From Methanocaldococcus sp. 16A (lineage in GTDB: Archaea; AGJL01; Methanococci; Methanococcales; Methanocaldococcaceae): a stretch of DNA of 64,000 nt. Under the pieces are notes generated by a model. The model saw only the letters and a list, made by a program, of their open reading frames with translations, was not told the origin of the DNA and did no database searches. This document shows, piece by piece, positions 63,991-64,000 of the stretch; the stretch's first letter is position 1; the number at the start of each line of letters is the position of its first letter. The DNA lies in NCBI GenBank assembly GCA_049860595.1, contig CP187551.1. The stretch is one strand, 5' to 3'. The position numbers were made by a program, and so were the translations under genes.

Positions 63991-64000
63991 ATATTTATCT

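Overview
AT-rich, gene-dense chromosomal window from a hyperthermophilic methanogen, most likely Methanocaldococcus (GGTGA ribosome-binding sites, TTTATATA promoters, M. jannaschii-like proteins). It is mostly housekeeping: tRNA metabolism (IleS, Trm1, HARP, Rpp21, RtcB, tRNA-Ile(GAU), tRNA-Val(UAC)), ribosomal proteins L34e, L14e and S8e, replication and repair (MCM, RecJ/GAN, XPD/DinG), cofactor synthesis (CobA, CfbA/CbiX, pantoate kinase, MoeA, ArfC, PdxS, HypE), non-oxidative pentose phosphate enzymes, AMP phosphorylase, BpsA and transporters. Four things are not shown by the ORF track. (1) Eight ~75-110 bp palindromic MITE-like elements in two related subfamilies plus a hybrid, with covarying internal hairpins, probable TT..AA target duplications and a built-in TATA box. 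(2) A structured leader before rpl14e with mutually exclusive pairings that hide or free the Shine-Dalgarno sequence. (3) A decayed Fsr-N/FrhB-type pseudogene cut off by an IS6-family element whose right end is tandemly duplicated. (4) A ThDP-enzyme gene that appears to start at ATT. No CRISPR array or rRNA was seen. Product calls rest on motif recognition and recalled homologues, not database searches.
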